Part shown: positions 8,665 through 18,195 of the stretch, piece by piece
Position numbering within the stretch: the stretch's first letter is position 1
How the letters are laid out: every line of letters starts with the position of its first letter
DNA from: Candidatus Latescibacterota bacterium
Lineage (GTDB): Bacteria; Krumholzibacteriota; Krumholzibacteriia; WVZY01; JAKEHA01
Reading direction: 5' to 3'
Length of the DNA: 64,000 nt
NCBI GenBank assembly: GCA_963707635.1
Contig: OY970173.1
Coordinates: 512,001-576,000, forward strand
Program-made: the position numbers and the translations under genes
Notes under the pieces: model-generated
Told to the model about the DNA's origin: nothing
Databases searched by the model: none
Seen by the model: the letters and a program-made list of their open reading frames with translations, nothing else

Positions 8665-10404
8665 CTACCGTACGTGCAGATAATCGAGTGTCAAGTAAAA
8701 CCCGTCGGCCGCGTACCCTTCGCGCGAATCGAGGCGCGAGGTCGAGTTGTAATAACCCGCCGTCAGCGCCAGACCGCGCCAGATCGCGAACGACCCCGAC
8801 GCTTCGAAGCGGCCCGTGTCGAACCAGTCCTCGCCGTTTTCACGGTCGAGGCCGAGGCGCCCGGCGAGCCGCGCGCGGATGCGCGGCGAAAAGACGAAAT
8901 CGATGGCCACTTCTTCGTACACGCTCAGGTACTGCCGGGGATCGTAGTAGCCGTTGTCGGTCGTCTCCGAATAGCCGAAGTACCCCGCTCCGGTGCTCGA
9001 GGTGAGGCGGTTCACGACGCCGATCGGCAGCCGCCAGATCGGTTGCCACACCAGCCGTTCCCCCAGCCCCAGGCGCGTGTTGTCGTCGCTGTACCACCCG
9101 GTTTCGACCGCCGACACCAGCATGAGCGTGTACGCGAACCGCCAGTCCCAGCCCCCCGCCACCTCGGTAACCGAGATCCCGCGGAAGATGGCGTCGGGGA
9201 CGGCGAGCGAGCCGTGGAACAGCGAGATGTCGAATCTCCACCAGTCGCGCGGGGTGAGGGTGAGGAACGCGTCGATCGTCACCAGATTGAAATCGTCCAG
9301 CCAGTAGCTCTCCGGCCCCAGCGCAGAGCGGTCGAAGGAGTTCCACTGGTAGCCGGCGGCGGCGTGCAGCAGCACGGTTTTCGACAGGCGATGCTCGAGC
9401 ACGGCCGCCATCCAGTTGCGCGAGATGTCCGGCCGCCCAGGCTGTTCGAAACTCCCGTGGCCGTACTCGCCGGAGAAGCGCGTGACGTCGCTGGTGGAGA
9501 GGCCGGCGCGGAAGGTGTGGGCCCAGCGATCGATTTCATCGGTGTCGGTGTTGTGCTCGAGCGTGTAGGAGCCTCCCGGCGCGCGCGCGCGGTCCATGTC
9601 GGCGGCGAGGGCGGCGAGCCCGCGCGTAGGTTCGCCCTCGGCGATCACGGCGCGCGCGCGCTGCGGATCGCCCATCCAGTAACACGCTCGCGCGAGGCCT
9701 TCGCGCGCCTCGGGGTTGCCGGGATGGTCGACGAGGATGCTGTCGTACATCGCCGCCGCTTCGCGGTGACGCGCCGACCAGTTGGCCATCCGCGCCGCGC
9801 CGAGGCGCGCATCGAGGTTGCCGGGATGGTCGACGAGGATCGCGTCGTAGCGCGACCGCGCCCCGCCGACGTCGTCTTTCCAGCTGAAGGTCTGGGCGAT
9901 GCCGAGACGCACCTCGGTCTCGTACTCGTCGTCGCGGGGCAGGAGCGCTTCGTACGCGGCGATGCCCTCGTCGAACTGTCCGCTCCACGCGAGCGCGCGG
10001 GCGATGCCGATCTTCGCTTCCATGTCGTCGGGGTGGTGGGAAAGATACGACTGGTACCACTGGATCGCGGTGTCGGGCACAGCGGCCCACGTGTACTGGT
10101 GCCCCAACTCCTTGCCCAGATCCGCCTCGAGCGGCGGGTAGAGCACGATGGCGCGGTGATACCACCGGATCGCGTCGCGGTGCCGATCCTCGCCTGCCGC
10201 GACGCGGGCGCTGTCGACGCACGAGTTTGCGCGCGGGAGGTTGGCGGGATTCGCCGGGACGGTAGCCGCGACGGCGGCGCTCGAGTCGGCGCCGGTCGTC
10301 TGCGGCGCGGGGGCGTGCCGGGCCGCGTAGGCGGCGGCGTGCCGGGCGGCCTGAGCCGGTAGAGCGCCGATCACCAGCACCAGCAGTGCGATCGCGCTTC
10401 GCAT
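8665..10404 (-). CDS. TPR plus outer-membrane beta-barrel export protein (PgaA-like)
   Basis: Signal peptide, 34-aa TPR repeats and a C-terminal amphipathic beta region (GYYDP, FYLTLDY). The ATG overlaps the pgaC stop. Confidence 0.75.
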   Translation of the reverse strand: MRSAIALLVLVIGALPAQAARHAAAYAARHAPAPQTTGADSSAAVAATVPANPANLPRANSCVDSARVAAGEDRHRDAIRWYHRAIVLYPPLEADLGKELGHQYTWAAVPDTAIQWYQSYLSHHPDDMEAKIGIARALAWSGQFDEGIAAYEALLPRDDEYETEVRLGIAQTFSWKDDVGGARSRYDAILVDHPGNLDARLGAARMANWSARHREAAAMYDSILVDHPGNPEAREGLARACYWMGDPQRARAVIAEGEPTRGLAALAADMDRARAPGGSYTLEHNTDTDEIDRWAHTFRAGLSTSDVTRFSGEYGHGSFEQPGRPDISRNWMAAVLEHRLSKTVLLHAAAGYQWNSFDRSALGPESYWLDDFNLVTIDAFLTLTPRDWWRFDISLFHGSLAVPDAIFRGISVTEVAGGWDWRFAYTLMLVSAVETGWYSDDNTRLGLGERLVWQPIWRLPIGVVNRLTSSTGAGYFGYSETTDNGYYDPRQYLSVYEEVAIDFVFSPRIRARLAGRLGLDRENGEDWFDTGRFEASGSFAIWRGLALTAGYYNSTSRLDSREGYAADGFYLTLDYLHVR

Positions 10405-11675
10405 CACGCGTCACCTCGCACGGGCTTCCAGCGGACGGGCGCCGCCCTGGGGGCACGAAGGATTGCCGCGGGCGTCGAGATCGACGTCACGATCGCCATG
10501 AGGATCCAGTAGAGCAACGGATAGAACACCGCCGTGAAGTAATAGAGAGAGATGTGCCGATCGTAGCGGCGGTCGAGCAGTACGCCCACCAGCAGCTGCG
10601 TGAGGCACATCGTGCACATCAACATACCCCACCAGTTCGGGATCGGCGACGCACCCACCGGCGGGTATCCGATCGTGTAACTGAAGAGCCACAGCGAGGT
10701 CAGCACCACGAAGCAATATGCCCAGGTGATGGAAAGCCACGACTCGACGATGAGCGGCCACAGGCGCCGGCGCTTCCACGTCATCGCCGCCGCGCCGTGA
10801 CGGCGCAGCACCTGGGCGAGACCGGTCGCCCAGCGCTGCCGCTGGCGCCAGAGCCCCCCGAGCGTCGAAGGCACGCGCATCCACACCACCGCGCGCGGCT
10901 CGTAACGGATGTCCCAGAACTTGAGCTGCAGCTTCCACGACAGGTCGATGTCTTCCGTCGCCATGTCCGGGCTGTAGAGGCCGACGTCGAGCATGGCGTT
11001 GCGGTGGAAGGCGCCCACGACGCCGCTCATGGTGAGGATGCGTCCCCACACGCGTTGGGCGCGGCGTTGCAAACTGATGATGGCGGTGAACTCGATCGCC
11101 TGCAGTTTGCAGAGCAGGGTGTTTCGGTTGATGACGCGCGGGTTGCCGGTGACCGCGCCGACGCGCGGCGACTTGAAATGGGGAACCACGACCTTGAGGA
11201 TCTGCGGGTCGGGAATCGCGTCCGCGTCCATCACCAGCAGGATCTCGCCGTTGGTGCAGCGCAGGCCGTCGTTGAGCGCCATCGCCTTGCCCTCGTTCGC
11301 GAGCTTGCGCACCAGCCGCACTTTATGGTCGCGGACGTACGGCAGTACCAGCGCGGCGGTGTCGTCCACGCTGCCGTCGTCGATGATCACGACTTCGAAG
11401 TTCGGGTAGTCGATCGCCAGGATGCCATCGATCGTTGACTGGATGTGTTCGCTCTCGTTGTACGCGGCGATCACGACCGACACCATCGGAGTGAAGGCGG
11501 GGTCGAGTTTTGGCTGGATGTCCTCGGCTCGCCGCTCGCGGCGCAGGTAGTAGAGCATCGACACCATCACCAGCACGCCGCTCGACACGAGTGGGTACCA
11601 AGCGAAGAACGAAAGCACGGCCAGGTAGACCACGTTGGCCTCGATCGCTTCCAGTATGCCGATGACGTCGATCAT
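10404..11675 (-). CDS. pgaC: poly-beta-1,6-N-acetylglucosamine synthase (GT2)
   Basis: AYNE, DDGSVD, GKAMALN, DAD, GAVTGNP, TEDID, QRQRW and multiple TM helices. Confidence 0.9.
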   Translation of the reverse strand: MIDVIGILEAIEANVVYLAVLSFFAWYPLVSSGVLVMVSMLYYLRRERRAEDIQPKLDPAFTPMVSVVIAAYNESEHIQSTIDGILAIDYPNFEVVIIDDGSVDDTAALVLPYVRDHKVRLVRKLANEGKAMALNDGLRCTNGEILLVMDADAIPDPQILKVVVPHFKSPRVGAVTGNPRVINRNTLLCKLQAIEFTAIISLQRRAQRVWGRILTMSGVVGAFHRNAMLDVGLYSPDMATEDIDLSWKLQLKFWDIRYEPRAVVWMRVPSTLGGLWRQRQRWATGLAQVLRRHGAAAMTWKRRRLWPLIVESWLSITWAYCFVVLTSLWLFSYTIGYPPVGASPIPNWWGMLMCTMCLTQLLVGVLLDRRYDRHISLYYFTAVFYPLLYWILMAIVTSISTPAAILRAPRAAPVRWKPVRGDA

Positions 11676-11688
11676 GCGCAGCCCGGGC

Positions 11689-12078
11689 TCAATCGGGGAT
11701 CACGTCGTTGACGCGAAAGAGTTTGTAGCCCGCTTCCTGGTTCTCGGAGTCGGCCATCTCGACGACGTGCACCTCGACGTAGCGGGCGCGGCGAATCATG
11801 TCGTCGTCCTGCAGGACGAACGCGCGACCCAGGAAGTCGCTGGCCGGGGGAATGTTGCCTCCGCGACGGTCGCGGCGCCGGGTGCGGCGCGCGATGCGGA
11901 TGTTGTGGAATACCCAGATAAGATCGAAGACGGTAATGCTCGCGACGATGATGCTCACGACGGCCAGCGAGTGTTTCATCTCGGCGGATACCGGACGCTG
12001 CATCACGACGTGCCAGTAGTAGCCGAACACCACCCACAGCAACACGCCGAGCACGATATGAAGAATCGATCGAGCCAT
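11689..12078 (-). CDS. PgaD-like accessory membrane protein
   Basis: 129 aa with two TM helices followed by WVFHN and an Arg-rich segment (PgaD has W..YN plus a basic patch). Immediately upstream of pgaC. Confidence 0.6.
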   Translation of the reverse strand: MARSILHIVLGVLLWVVFGYYWHVVMQRPVSAEMKHSLAVVSIIVASITVFDLIWVFHNIRIARRTRRRDRRGGNIPPASDFLGRAFVLQDDDMIRRARYVEVHVVEMADSENQEAGYKLFRVNDVIPD

Positions 12079-12123
12079 TGGAGGAAACACCACCGTGATT
12101 GTGCACGTGGCAACAGGACCAAC

Positions 12124-12139
12124 TGCAATGCCTGTGCCC
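12124..12139 (-). promoter_or_regulatory. sigma54-type promoter of the pga-like operon
   Basis: Minus strand gGGCACaggcaTTGCA (GG-N10-GC), about 45 nt before ATG 12078. Confidence 0.6.
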
Positions 12140-12376
12140 CGGAGCGAAGGGGAGGCGCGGGGGGTGATGGTGGACGATAATACCGCATGGGGGTGGCTTG
12201 GGTGCGTCGCCGCACCCGCGGGCCGTCCGCGGTCGTCCCGTATGCCCCACCGGAGCTTCCGGCCGGCACCCGCGGGGGGCACGAACGCCCCGGGCGAGCC
12301 GACGGGGGCGCGTTGGGGTGCATGGTTTCCGGGGACGGAGGGCGCCGCGCGGCGTGAGGGCGCGGTGCCAGGCGCG

Positions 12377-12946
12377 CTACATGGTGCGGCGGAGACGGAC
12401 AGGCTCGGAAAACGCCTCCGGCGTTTTCGCGTATTTGCGCACGAACGTTTGCAGGTCTGCAGTGGGCGCGGTCAGGAGCACGGCGCCGTCGCGGGGCACG
12501 TGAGCGATGGATGTCTTCTTCGCACCGACCACCGTCTCCAGCCATTCCGCGTCGAAGTCCGACACCCAGAGCGTGTCGGCGTCCCGCTCGATCCGGAGGA
12601 TGTTGTGCACGCGCAGCAGGTGGTCCATGTAGAAGCTGTTTTCGTTGTCGGGTTCCTCGGGATAGATGTCGAGGAACGTCACGTCGTCGAGTTCCACCAG
12701 CACGGCCTCGAAGCGCGCGCTCGACCCGCTTTCCTCGCACAGCAACGTGTAGCTCCCGCGGGTCGAGTCGATCAAGGTGAACAGGAAACCCTCGTCTTCC
12801 TCCGGCATCCACGAGCCGACCAGCTCGGGGTCGAAATGGGCGATGGTGTCGGTATAGAGCGGGTTGAGCGCCTGCACGTAGCAGCCGCCCGCCGTCAGGC
12901 ACGCGCCGACGAGCAGGAACGCAATAAGTCGAGGTGATGGAGACAC
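12377..12946 (-). CDS. hypothetical lipoprotein
   Basis: Signal peptide with a lipobox-like AGGC followed by ALNPLYT..FDPELVGSW. The GTG start is estimated. Confidence 0.7.
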   Translation of the reverse strand: MSPSPRLIAFLLVGACLTAGGCYVQALNPLYTDTIAHFDPELVGSWMPEEDEGFLFTLIDSTRGSYTLLCEESGSSARFEAVLVELDDVTFLDIYPEEPDNENSFYMDHLLRVHNILRIERDADTLWVSDFDAEWLETVVGAKKTSIAHVPRDGAVLLTAPTADLQTFVRKYAKTPEAFSEPVRLRRTM

Positions 12947-13008
12947 GGTTCGGTACGGAGCGCGGATCAATGGTAGCGGCCCGCGCGCGCGCGCGCAAGG
13001 GGCGCGAG

Positions 13009-13986
13009 CTAGTGGTGGGCGCCTCCCCACGTTTTCTCGCCTGCCTCCACCCGCATCGGCAGCACGTTATCGCGGTGCGGGAGCGGGCAGGTGGCGAAGG
13101 GCGTGAACACGCACGGCGGGTTGTAGGCGCGGTTGAAATCGATCACGGTCTTGCCGTCCGGTCCCGGCGCGCGAACGTAGACGAAGCGGCCGCCGCCGTA
13201 GGTGTCGTGACCGCTGGTGGCGTCGCCGAAGACGATAAACCACTCGTCCGCCGACTCCGACATCGGTTCGAGCCGGTATTCCTTGTCGTCGATGGAAAAG
13301 ACCAGCGCGCCGGGGCAGTCGACCACTTCCTCGAAGCCGGCGATGTTCGGGATGGTGACCCGGCGCGGAGGGTCGTAGGGGTCGAGGCGCGCTTCGACGC
13401 GCCAGGCGCGCCGCACCGGGAACCGTTCGATGCCCGTGAAATTCTTGCGTACTTCGCTCTCGGAGTCCTTGACGCGCAGGTAGAGGGTTCCGGGGCGGTC
13501 GATCGCGTAGAAGCGGATGGTTCCCATCTGGATCTCGGTGGGGGCAGCGCCGCCATGGTCGGTCGCGAGGGCGATTTGCGAGACCGGCACGCCGTCGTGC
13601 GTCATCTGGACTCCATCGGCTACCGTGAGTGTCACTCCGGTGGAATCGACCGTGATCGTTCCGGCGCGCGCGGGTGCCTTCGCCGGAAAGACAAAGTCGT
13701 TGTCCTCCGCCGACCCGAACTGGTAGCGGCCCGGCGGCATCGGGAAGAGTCCGACGAGCGTCAGCCAGCCGTCTTCGGCCGTCAGCCGGACCATTCGGCC
13801 CCGATGCCACTCCTCGACGTCGCGTCGATGCGAGCCCGTGTTGACGTTCACTCCCATGCCTGCGCCCCCCGCCCCGACGCCGACGCTGCCGCCGCAGGCA
13901 AGCGAGCTCAGAAGCGCGCTCGCGAGCATTGCGCCCGCACCCATCGTTATGCGCCGCACCGCGATACCTCCTGTGACGATGGCCAT
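13009..13986 (-). CDS. DUF1684 domain protein
   Basis: GWLTLVGL, FGDATSGHDTYGGGRF and IDFNRAYNPPCVFTPFATCPLP..N.L...VEAGE. Confidence 0.9.
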   Translation of the reverse strand: MAIVTGGIAVRRITMGAGAMLASALLSSLACGGSVGVGAGGAGMGVNVNTGSHRRDVEEWHRGRMVRLTAEDGWLTLVGLFPMPPGRYQFGSAEDNDFVFPAKAPARAGTITVDSTGVTLTVADGVQMTHDGVPVSQIALATDHGGAAPTEIQMGTIRFYAIDRPGTLYLRVKDSESEVRKNFTGIERFPVRRAWRVEARLDPYDPPRRVTIPNIAGFEEVVDCPGALVFSIDDKEYRLEPMSESADEWFIVFGDATSGHDTYGGGRFVYVRAPGPDGKTVIDFNRAYNPPCVFTPFATCPLPHRDNVLPMRVEAGEKTWGGAHH

Positions 13987-13993
13987 GTGCGCC

Positions 13994-15046
13994 TCACGGG
14001 CCGGTCGTGTAATAGATCGTGAGCCTGGGCCGGTTGGCGGCCGTGGGATTCTCGCGCGAGTCGAATCGTTTGGCGGTGGTCATGGTCGCTTCGTTGCCGA
14101 TCAGGATCCAGCCGAAGTTGGTTGCCGGAGAATCCAGCCAGGATTGCACGTTGGCGGCCATCCCCGCCGACTTCCACGTGTAGAAACCGATGCTCACCAC
14201 CGACTGCGAAGCAGCCGCGCCGGCGACGAAGTCGCCGCCGGGCGTTGCCCACGTGATCGTGTCGAAAAAGCGGTGCCTCCAGGTGACGTCGCCCGGCTGG
14301 GCGAAATCGCCGGTGCCCTCCCCTAATGTGGCGTCCGAATTGCCTTCACCCCAGTCGGCCAGCAGGGCGTGGAGCGTGTGCGTCTTGGCAGGGGCGATCG
14401 TCTTTGAGACGTGCAGCGTGAGCTGTACGCTGTCGATGGTGGCGCCGGCCGGGAGGCTGTCGGCGACGGCGAAATACAACAGCGCGCGCCGGGATTGGGG
14501 AGTCCCCGCGAGGCCCGCGTTCTTCCCCGAAAAGATGTATTCCCCCTTGCCGTTGCTGTAGTCGTCGTCCTCGTACATCGTATTGTCGCGGGCCGGCGGG
14601 ATGTTCTTGACCCAGTGCAGCGGCGTGCCGCTCGGCGCCTTGATGGCGTTGTTGGACACCGGCGACTGGTTGCCGTCCTCGTCGTCGGCGCGAATCGCGA
14701 AGTAGTAGAGGAGCGTCGAATCGAGCCCGGTGACCGTGAACGATTCCGTGAGCCCGGCGTCCTGGGGAGCGGGCACCCCCGGAACCGTGGTCGCGGCGGC
14801 GAAGTTGGACTCCGTGATGGTGGTGCCGAAGTGCTTGAGCACGTACGTGCCGGCACGGCCCACGTCACCGTTGTCGCCGGGCGCGGTCCAGGTCAGCGTG
14901 ATGCTGGTGTCGGTGACCGCGGCGACCGCGAGGTCGGTGACGCGGCCCGGTGCGATGGTGTCGGAAGTGAGGCTCAGGTCGTCGTCGCACGCCCAGGTGA
15001 GCGCGAGGGCCAGGGTGAGTGCGGCGGCGGCGCGAAGTATTCTCAT
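13994..15046 (-). CDS. lipoprotein with fibronectin type III and DNRLRE-like domains
   Basis: MRILR...TWAC lipobox. FN3 domain (ITLTWTAPGD, YYFAIRA.D). C-terminal RALLYF, W.EG, VQSWLD.P.TNFGWIL, FDSRE, RPRLTI. Confidence 0.8.
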   Translation of the reverse strand: MRILRAAAALTLALALTWACDDDLSLTSDTIAPGRVTDLAVAAVTDTSITLTWTAPGDNGDVGRAGTYVLKHFGTTITESNFAAATTVPGVPAPQDAGLTESFTVTGLDSTLLYYFAIRADDEDGNQSPVSNNAIKAPSGTPLHWVKNIPPARDNTMYEDDDYSNGKGEYIFSGKNAGLAGTPQSRRALLYFAVADSLPAGATIDSVQLTLHVSKTIAPAKTHTLHALLADWGEGNSDATLGEGTGDFAQPGDVTWRHRFFDTITWATPGGDFVAGAAASQSVVSIGFYTWKSAGMAANVQSWLDSPATNFGWILIGNEATMTTAKRFDSRENPTAANRPRLTIYYTTGP

Positions 15047-15474
15047 CTCGACTCCTTCGGATGCTGGTATTCGACGACGGCGCGTACGCGATTCCGGTCG
15101 TTCTCGCGCGTGTAACCGAAATCGCTGGTGAGATGCCTGACGATATAGATTCCGTAGCCGCGTTCCTGCCGGTCCTCGAGCGGTCCTTCGAGCACGGGCG
15201 GGGGAGCCGTTCTGGGGTCGAACGGCCTGCCGTCGTCGTCGATCACGACCGTCGCGCGGCCGGGCTCGGTGCGCACGTCGAGCGTGATCGAGTGCGCGCC
15301 CGCATCGTCGTACGCGTGGTTGATCACGTTCACGAAAAGCTCCTCGATCACCAGCCGGACGCGCCGGACGGCGTCCGGGGGGACACCCTCCTCGTCCAGG
15401 AACTCGTTGAGTGCGAATCCAAGACGCTTCAGCTCGGGCAGCTGGTTCTGGAGCGACAGGCGCAGGATTCCCAT
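15043..15474 (-). CDS. anti-sigma factor / Ser-Thr kinase (RsbW-like, HATPase_c)
   Basis: LVIEELFVNVINHAY, DDGRPFDP and GYGIYIV. Confidence 0.88.
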   Translation of the reverse strand: MGILRLSLQNQLPELKRLGFALNEFLDEEGVPPDAVRRVRLVIEELFVNVINHAYDDAGAHSITLDVRTEPGRATVVIDDDGRPFDPRTAPPPVLEGPLEDRQERGYGIYIVRHLTSDFGYTRENDRNRVRAVVEYQHPKESR

Positions 15475-15477
15475 CGG

Positions 15478-15841
15478 TCAGGTCCGGGGGGGTCCTTTGC
15501 GTGCGATTTTCAGCGCCTCGTCCAGCGAGGAAGCGAACGGGATCACCTCGTGCACGCCGACCCTGCGCAGCACGTCGTCCACCAGCCCGCGCGGCTGCAG
15601 CAGCACCATCTTGTGCCCCTTGCGTTGCAGGGACTTGGCGCAGCCGAACAGCATGCCGATGCCAAGCGATGTGATGGAGTCCAGCTCCAGAGAGGTCGAC
15701 GATGGCCGAGCGATCGCGCGCCGAGGTCTCCCCGTAGAAGCGCGTGTCGATCTCACGGATGCCGGCCATGTCGAGCGAGCCCCGGAGTCGCACGTGCGAA
15801 ACGTTGTCGTCGCGTTCGGTGGCGATGAGTTCCATCGGCAT
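15478..15841 (-). pseudogene. STAS anti-sigma-factor antagonist (RsbV-like), frameshifted as sequenced
   Basis: The N-half MPMELIAT..LRGSLD..IVDLS and the C-half ELDSITSLGIGML..LRRVG are in different frames. One extra base lies at about 15688-15692. Confidence 0.8.
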
Positions 15842-15851
15842 GGTGAACCCC

Positions 15852-16934
15852 CTATTTGCTCCGCCCCTGGGACTGCGGTTGTGCCGGCTCCGTTTCGTCT
15901 CGATATATGAACGTGCGCGCGACGCCATCGCGGCGGACATACCCGCGGTACATTCCCGAGGTGTTGCATTCCATGGCGATGTGACCGTCGCGGTCGAGCG
16001 CGATCATCCCCCCGGTTTCCTCGCCCCCCAGTTGAATCGCCTCGTCCTGGATGACGTGTCGGGTGGCTTCTTCGACCGACAGGTGCTTGTACTTCATCAA
16101 CACCGATACTTCGTGCGCAAGCGCACCGCGGATGAACACTTCTCCGCGGCCGGTGCCGGACACGGCGCAGGTGGCGTTGTCGGCGTACGTGCCCGCACCG
16201 ATGATCGGCGAGTCGCCCACCCGCCCCCAGCGCTTGTTGGTCAAACCGCCGGTCGACGTCGCCGCGGCGAGATTGCCGTCACGGTCGAGTGCCACGGCCC
16301 CCACCGTCCCGAGGTGGGTGTGCGGGAATTCGAGCGAGCCGTACTCCTTCTTCCGGGTGCGCTCCTCTTCCTGCGTGCGCTTGAGCTCGTCCCAACGCTC
16401 CTGGGTGAAAAAATAGGCGCTGTCGGCGAACTCGAGACCCTGCTCGCGAGCGAACTGCTCGGCGCCGGCACCGACGAGCATCACGTGGCTCGTCTGCTCC
16501 ATCACGCGCCGCGCGGCGCGGACAGGATTCTTGATCCCGGTAACCGCCGCGACCGCGCCTGCCTTGAGCGTGCGGCCATCCATGATCGACGCGTCCATCT
16601 CGTTGTGACCCTGGCTGGTGAACACAGAGCCGCGCCCCGCATTGAAAAGGGGCGAGTCTTCCATCACGCGGACGGCGATTTCGACCGCATCGAGGCTGGA
16701 GCCTCCCTCCAGCAACACGCGGTAGCCCGCCTGAAGCGATTCAGTGAGGGCCTGGTGGTACGCGCGGGAACGCTCGGGGGTCATGCGCTCGCGCTGCATG
16801 GTGCCCGCCCCGCCGTGGACGACCAGCACGATCTCGCGCGAGTCGGCTGACCGGGGGGCATTGGTCGGGATCACGATGGCCACGAAGGCGATTACCAGGG
16901 GAACTAAGTACGTGTGTGAGACGACGTTGCTCAT
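15852..16934 (-). CDS. iaaA: isoaspartyl peptidase / L-asparaginase (Ntn hydrolase), probably exported
   Basis: VHGGAG, EDSPLFNAGRG, EMDASIMDG, GTVGAVA, ATSTGG and GRVGDSPIIGAG. Confidence 0.92.
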   Translation of the reverse strand: MSNVVSHTYLVPLVIAFVAIVIPTNAPRSADSREIVLVVHGGAGTMQRERMTPERSRAYHQALTESLQAGYRVLLEGGSSLDAVEIAVRVMEDSPLFNAGRGSVFTSQGHNEMDASIMDGRTLKAGAVAAVTGIKNPVRAARRVMEQTSHVMLVGAGAEQFAREQGLEFADSAYFFTQERWDELKRTQEEERTRKKEYGSLEFPHTHLGTVGAVALDRDGNLAAATSTGGLTNKRWGRVGDSPIIGAGTYADNATCAVSGTGRGEVFIRGALAHEVSVLMKYKHLSVEEATRHVIQDEAIQLGGEETGGMIALDRDGHIAMECNTSGMYRGYVRRDGVARTFIYRDETEPAQPQSQGRSK

Positions 16935-17221
16935 CGGTACCTGCCGGAGCGTCGCCCGGAGTATACACGATGAGCAGCGCGCGCGTGAGTGGCGAGAGGT
17001 GGTGGGGTCTCGACTTCGCTCGGGCCCGATTGCCACGCCGGTAGCACCGGGCCCCCACTGAACCATGTTTTTGGGACCGGGTTCGCGGGTTCGATCGCGT
17101 CTCGCCCCTTTAGACGCCCCTCGAACCTCATCATCCCCCAGTCCTGTTGCTAAAGGGTCGGCGCCGTCCCGGGGATTCCCCGGACTTTCTTGCGAAGTTT
17201 CCGGCGGGCGCGGCTGGGGAG

Positions 17222-18124
17222 CTAACCGTTTAAAAGATCGGAGATTAGAGTGGCTGCCCGGGCCTCTAGTGGCGAACCCGGGAACTGGGAGCGAACCAAC
17301 TGCAGCGTGTGCCGGGCCGACTCCCACTGGCCCATCTCGTATTGCACGAGGGCGAGGTTCAGGAGGGCGGCTCCGTTGTGAGGATCGCTGTCCAGAGCCG
17401 CATGCAACAAGCGTTCGGCCCGATCCATGTCGCTCGATCGATACGCGACGATGGCGTCGAGGACGAGGAAACGCGTGTCGTCCGGGAACTGCAAACGGGC
17501 GTCGTGGACATAGATCCCCGCCGATTCGACGTCCCCGGTGGCGAGAAAGCCGCTGATCAGCCAGTGCGCGACGTCCGGGTCGGCGTCTTCGCGGTAGACC
17601 CGCGCCAGTTCGGTGAGCGCGGAACTGATCGCCGCGTTTTTCTCTACGAAACCGGTGCGATGGAGCGGGGACGTCATGGCGGAGGCCGATTCGACGCCTG
17701 GAAGCACGATCGATCCCTCGGCCGACGCGCTCGCGGCGGCGTCCTGGAGCGGCTCGAACCAACGGTCGTTACTCCGCGCCCCCGGCCGGATTCCCGAATG
17801 CCACACGGCCGCCGCGGCGACCAGCACGGCGGCGGCCGCCAGCGCGAAGCCCAGCCGGGGCACGAGCCGCGGCGACCGACGCACCGCGGTGTCGGCGCGA
17901 CGGTCCCGGGGAATCCGCTTGGCCGTTGCGACCGCGTCGTCGGGCGCCCGGAACACGGATGCATCGGCGAGCAGAATGCACCGATAGCGAACCGTGTCCT
18001 GGTACGCGTCGTGGCACGCCTCGCACTGGCGCAGGTGCTCGATCAGGAAGGCGCGCTGCGCCGCTTCCATGGAATCGTCGGCGAGGGCCGCGATCTGATC
18101 GTTGGTGAGGTGGAGTTCGGTCAT
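17222..18124 (-). CDS. putative anti-sigma factor (zf-HC2, TM helix, TPR)
   Basis: H...HLRQCEAC zinc motif, one TM helix and C-terminal TPRs. Lies downstream of a sigma factor. Confidence 0.8.
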   Translation of the reverse strand: MTELHLTNDQIAALADDSMEAAQRAFLIEHLRQCEACHDAYQDTVRYRCILLADASVFRAPDDAVATAKRIPRDRRADTAVRRSPRLVPRLGFALAAAAVLVAAAAVWHSGIRPGARSNDRWFEPLQDAAASASAEGSIVLPGVESASAMTSPLHRTGFVEKNAAISSALTELARVYREDADPDVAHWLISGFLATGDVESAGIYVHDARLQFPDDTRFLVLDAIVAYRSSDMDRAERLLHAALDSDPHNGAALLNLALVQYEMGQWESARHTLQLVRSQFPGSPLEARAATLISDLLNG

Positions 18125-18195
18125 GGTGTTTCCGGTTGTGTGACCCGCGTCGACAGTCAACTAGAGACGGATGCGGCGCCCGAATTCCCGCGGCG

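Noticed and set aside
9714..9840. 25-nt direct repeat (GGTTGCCGGGATGGTCGACGAGGAT) as a possible CRISPR repeat
   Set aside because: Only two copies, exactly 102 nt (34 codons) apart inside a CDS. These are TPR repeats.
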